Made by a program: the position numbers and the translations under genes
Assembly: GCF_001194135.2 (NCBI RefSeq)
Contig: NC_068988.1
Coordinates: 89,399,258-89,439,496 of the forward strand
From: Octopus bimaculoides
Lineage: Eukaryota
DNA length: 40,239 bases
Direction: 5' to 3'
Shown: positions 36,405 to 40,239 of the stretch, in pieces
How positions within the stretch are numbered: the first letter of the stretch is position 1
Layout: each line of letters starts with the position of its first letter
Notes under the pieces: generated by a model
Seen by the model: the letters and a program-made list of their open reading frames with translations, nothing else
Told to the model about the DNA's origin: nothing
The model's database searches: none

Positions 36405-36790
36405 TGGTGGGAGGTAAATTAACTTTATCGAACTCGGAAAAGTGAAAGGTAAATATCGACTGGATTTGAACTGTGAGCGAAAAGGGCCAGAACAAATACT
36501 GCAAGACCTTTTTTTTTTTCTCAGGTGTCCTTACGGCTGTGTCAATCCATTGCCCTTATTATTTCTAAAGTAATGTCAGTTCTGAAATTTTGGGTAAAGG
36601 GATAAGTTGGAACCAGCTATCCAGTGCTTCATTGGTTGTTTATCTTATTAACCTCGAATGGCGGACCAGCTCTTGCTGACCTTGAGTTTGATGCTAGAAT
36701 GTAAAACCTCGACAAGGATGCGAGATACAGTGAGAAATTTTTCCCACACTGTAACATTTCTACCTCGTCTCGTAGAATTAGGAACCATGA
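36405..36790 (-). mobile_element. Two heavily decayed SINE copies
   Basis: TTTATCGAACTCGGAAAAGTGAAAGGTAAA and GATTTGAACT motifs resemble the 37187-37909 family. Confidence 0.5.
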
Positions 36791-36905
36791 TGATACAACA
36801 TTCGGCACCAACCTAGCTATTCTGAGTTTGTTCGTGGGGATAACTCACTTAACTCCATTCCATTACATGACAGGTAGCTTAATTTATCAATCCCAAATAA
36901 AATTG

Positions 36906-37093
36906 AGTGGAATTTCAACTGTGATGGTAAATAGTCGGAACTGGGTGGGATTTGAACTCTGATATGAAATAATCGGATCTGGGTGGAATTTGAACTCTGA
37001 TAGTAAATAATCGGATCTGCCCGAGATTTGAACTTTGATGGTAGATAATCGAATCTGGGCGGGATTTGAACTTTGATGATAAACAATCGGCAG
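36906..37093. repeat. 38-bp minisatellite, 5 copies, each containing a minus-strand Pol III B-box-like motif
   Basis: Units start at 36906, 36944, 36982, 37020, 37058; consensus about GGYGGRATTTGAACTYTGATGGTAAATAATCGGATCTG. Confidence 0.92.
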
Positions 37094-37186
37094 AAACACG
37101 ACAGGGCATTTTCTTACAACACAAACTATTCTGCTAGATTGCCACCTTAAATTGACAAACGAAATACAACACTGATAATTAACCAT

Positions 37187-37398
37187 GTTTTCGATTTTGG
37201 CACAGAGCCTGCATCTTTTGAAAGGAGGGGGAAGTCCATTACAATGACCTCAGTACATGAGTGGTATTTATTTTATCGACGCTGAAATGATGAAAGCATA
37301 GTCTAAGTGGGCGGAATTTGAACTTAGAATGTATAGAGAGACGAAATACCGTTAAGCATAATGTTCGGTATGCTAACGATTCTGCCTGCTCACCACCT
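37187..37398 (-). mobile_element. tRNA-derived SINE (decayed)
   Basis: Aligns to 37649-37909. Confidence 0.85.
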
Positions 37399-37407
37399 AT
37401 ATAACAA

Positions 37408-37628
37408 ATTCTTTTTCTGTTACAAGCATAAGGCCTAAAATTATGTGTGGGGGCTGTTAGGCCATTACATCGACTTAAATAGTAAACTGGTATTTATTCC
37501 ATCGACCCACGCAATGATGAAAGCTAACACGACATCGGAGGAATTCAAAAACAGAGAGTAAGACGGACGAAATACCACTAAAATGTCTTGTCCAGCATTC
37601 TAAAATGTCTACCAAGCATGCCACCGCT
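37408..37628 (-). mobile_element. tRNA-derived SINE (decayed)
   Basis: Aligns to 37649-37909. Confidence 0.8.
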
Positions 37629-37648
37629 TTACGCTGAGAAATAACAAA

Positions 37649-37909
37649 GGTTTCAAATTTTGCCACAAGGGCAGCAACTTTGAGGGAAGATATGAATCGA
37701 TTACATCGATCCCAATGCTTAACTGGTACTTATTTTATCGACCCCCAAAAGGATGAGAGGTAAAGTTGACCTCGGTGGAATTTCAACTCAGAACGTAGCG
37801 GCAGGCAAAGTCGTCAACGTCGGCGGAATTTGAACTCAGAACGTAACGGCAAACGAAATACCGCTAAGCATTTCGCCCGGCGTGCTAACGTTTCTGCCAG
37901 CTCGCCGCC
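37649..37909 (-). mobile_element. tRNA-derived SINE, least decayed copy, with internal B-box duplication
   Basis: Head GGCGGCGAGCTGGCAGAAACGTTAGCACGCCGGGCGAAATGCTTAGCGG with CpGs intact; B-box GAGTTCAAATTCCGCC; second copy GAGTTGAAATTCCACC. Confidence 0.92.
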
Positions 37910-39093
37910 TTACAAACAGAAACGTATTAATACCTACAGACATACAAGAAATACTAGCAATATTTACGTCAAATTAAATTCTTCATCATTGAATGGGGGG
38001 AAAATATATCGGTTGAATTAATCCTACAGACAGTATACCTAAATAATATATTTGACAGTCACGTAAGTTGGTCAATACTTTTCGTAATAGGTCGAGAGTA
38101 TCATACCTGAGATATCATTATATAATAAAAAAAATACAACTGGCAAAGACAATATCATGCAAAATGTACACTAAGCACTGTTATTAATATAAATATCAAC
38201 AAAAGCAATTTGGTATGATTTTCATCTCGTGCAGGAATGTTCAACTTCAGATAATGCAATGTGACTCAGGCAACCATAAGGACGAACGATGACGAAAATA
38301 ATTACGTGCATAAATAGAGACAGACAGATAAACGGGCACACACCCATACACCTACCAGCGCATATATATAGCCCGACATAGGTGAATACACACACATCTA
38401 CTGACATATATCTATATAGTTTTATGTATGTGTGTATGTATATAGATATATATATATTTATATATGTGTGTTTGTGAAGAATGAGAGACATAGACATAGA
38501 TTGATAGATAGATGTGTCTGTACGTATGTGCATTTCTTTGTATATATGTATGTATATACACGATATGTATCCACGTATATATGACATATATCGACACACA
38601 CACACACACACAGAGGCACGCACATATATATGTATGTATATTCCCACGCCATTCTCATTCTTTTTTGTCTCCAAATGTCGGTAAGATATTTTTCAAGTCG
38701 TGATATTTTCTCATAAAGCAAATTGATTTACAATTTCTCCGAATCACGAGGGAAATTATTGCAAAGATCGAAGTGCCCTCAGGCGGACTAGTTTATTTGA
38801 TCAATTCCCTCCCTTTGAAGCTCCTTTTCTGCTAAATCCTGTACGCTCCAAAGGGCTTCAATGGAAAATTCAAGATCTTATATCGTCTTGGAGAAAAGAC
38901 CCACAAGTGATTAGGAAGACAAAAATTAATATATAAAATTAAATGTGAGCATGTGACTGTATGCGCTTGCGCAAATCGATGTGTGTATATTTGTGTGTCT
39001 CTGCGCCGTTATACTGACGATAAGAAATCATATAGACTTCAAAGTATAAACTTGAATTCACCAAGTGTATATGCATACACTTTTATCATAATA

Positions 39094-39134
<41 letters not shown>

Positions 39135-39190
39135 GTCTTTGTGTTCATCTGTGTATACGTGTATACACATACATGTATATATATAAATAA

Positions 39191-39252
<62 letters not shown>

Positions 39253-39938
39253 TAAAGTACAAAGATTATAAATTGAACATAAGTTTATATATGCATGTTT
39301 AATAAACACATATATAATATTGACAAGCTCAATATATACATTCCTTGTTTAATTGACAGATCTTCCTCTTCTTCTTCTCCTTCTTTTCTCTCCTTCTCTC
39401 CTGAGAGAAGGAGAGAGATAAAGTTTGAAAGAAAAATAGAGAGAGAAGAGGAGAAAGAAATGGTGACAGGAAAAGTGGTAGGAATTAGATTAAGTCTACT
39501 TAGAAACCATGCTAACGTATACTTACTGATTTAATATAAATCCGTGTCACTAGTTTCGTACGTAACGTATTCATTAAAGTGCTTACATGTATTTTCATTA
39601 AACAGAAGCATATAGATTTATTCCAGTATTTTTATTCATGCTTTTACGATCTGCTAAAATTCATTGCCGTCTTTGTTTTTCCACAACGCACTCCAATCTC
39701 CTGTCTTGCTGACATCAGCTTGTGTCTGGGAAAAACTGTACTTATTATGATAGGAGTACTGGCGTCCATCTAGAAGAGAGCAATATTCACACATCGAAAT
39801 TTGCAAATACTAAACTCCAGAGGAAGTATTCACTTTGTAGCACTACTTGGAATAGATCATGTGTTGGGGAAAGTATCATTTCTCTAATCTGTTTGCCGGC
39901 GCAGAAACGTGACATAGATAAATTAGAAGTTAAGACGG

Positions 39939-39946
39939 TAATAATA

Positions 39947-40020
<74 letters not shown>
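39939..40020. repeat. (TAA)n microsatellite at the 5' junction of an R4/Dong-like element
   Basis: Directly visible. Confidence 0.95.
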
Positions 40021-40239
40021 GAAGAGCAGAAGGGATGCTGCAAGGGCTCATACGGCTGTAAAGATCAATTATTGATCAATAAAGCCATAACTGAAGACAA
40101 CCGCAGAAAGAAGAAAGGCCTCAGTATGGCCTGGGTGGACTACCAAAAGGCTTTCGACAGTGTTCCCCACACGTGGATTCTGGAAACACTAGCCATAAAC
40201 AAGGTGGCACCAATTATCATAAAATACATAGAGCACTCA
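40021..40239 (+). mobile_element. R4/Dong-like non-LTR retrotransposon RT, 5'-truncated, open to the window end
   Basis: 73 stop-free codons: EEQKGCCKGSYGCKDQLLINKAITEDNRRKKKGLSMAWVDYQKAFDSVPHTWILETL... (QxGF-region and DxxKAFD motifs). Confidence 0.95.

Noticed and set aside
36906-37093. CRISPR-like array
   Set aside because: Contiguous tandem units without unique spacers, eukaryotic context, no cas genes.
38660-38910. Minus-strand peptide fragments EFSIEALWSVQDLAEKEL and LEKYLTDIWRQKRM
   Set aside because: Interrupted by stops, no consistent splice sites, no recognised family.
39722-40075. 117-aa ORF as a gene
   Set aside because: Runs through the (TAA)n tract and out of frame into the retroelement; no domain recognised.

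Overview
AT-rich, microsatellite-dense animal genomic DNA with nine N gaps. The repeat complement suggests a cephalopod such as Octopus; this is recalled resemblance, not a search result. No host gene, rRNA, true tRNA gene or CRISPR array can be supported. The window is mostly intronic or intergenic transposon debris. DNA transposons: a near full-length decayed Tigger/pogo element (5062-7321) and a mariner 3' end. Retroelements: a CR1-group LINE fragment, a co-oriented stack of R4/Dong-like non-LTR retrotransposons separated by (TAA)n tracts (18950-22490), a stop-free RT fragment of the same clade at the window end, and many tRNA-derived SINEs. The most notable item is a Penelope-like insertion (13705-14499) with a 12-bp target-site duplication and an inverted terminal repeat. 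Its 3' region is a tRNA-like Pol III head, an (AAT)n tract and a minimal hammerhead ribozyme, and the same module recurs in decayed form at 3362-3640. Also unexplained are a ~1.07-kb inverted arrangement of a ~485-bp unit (25357-26424), a 38-bp minisatellite carrying Pol III B-boxes (36906-37093) and a degenerate ~55-bp minisatellite (29089-29500). All alignments and identities were judged by eye.
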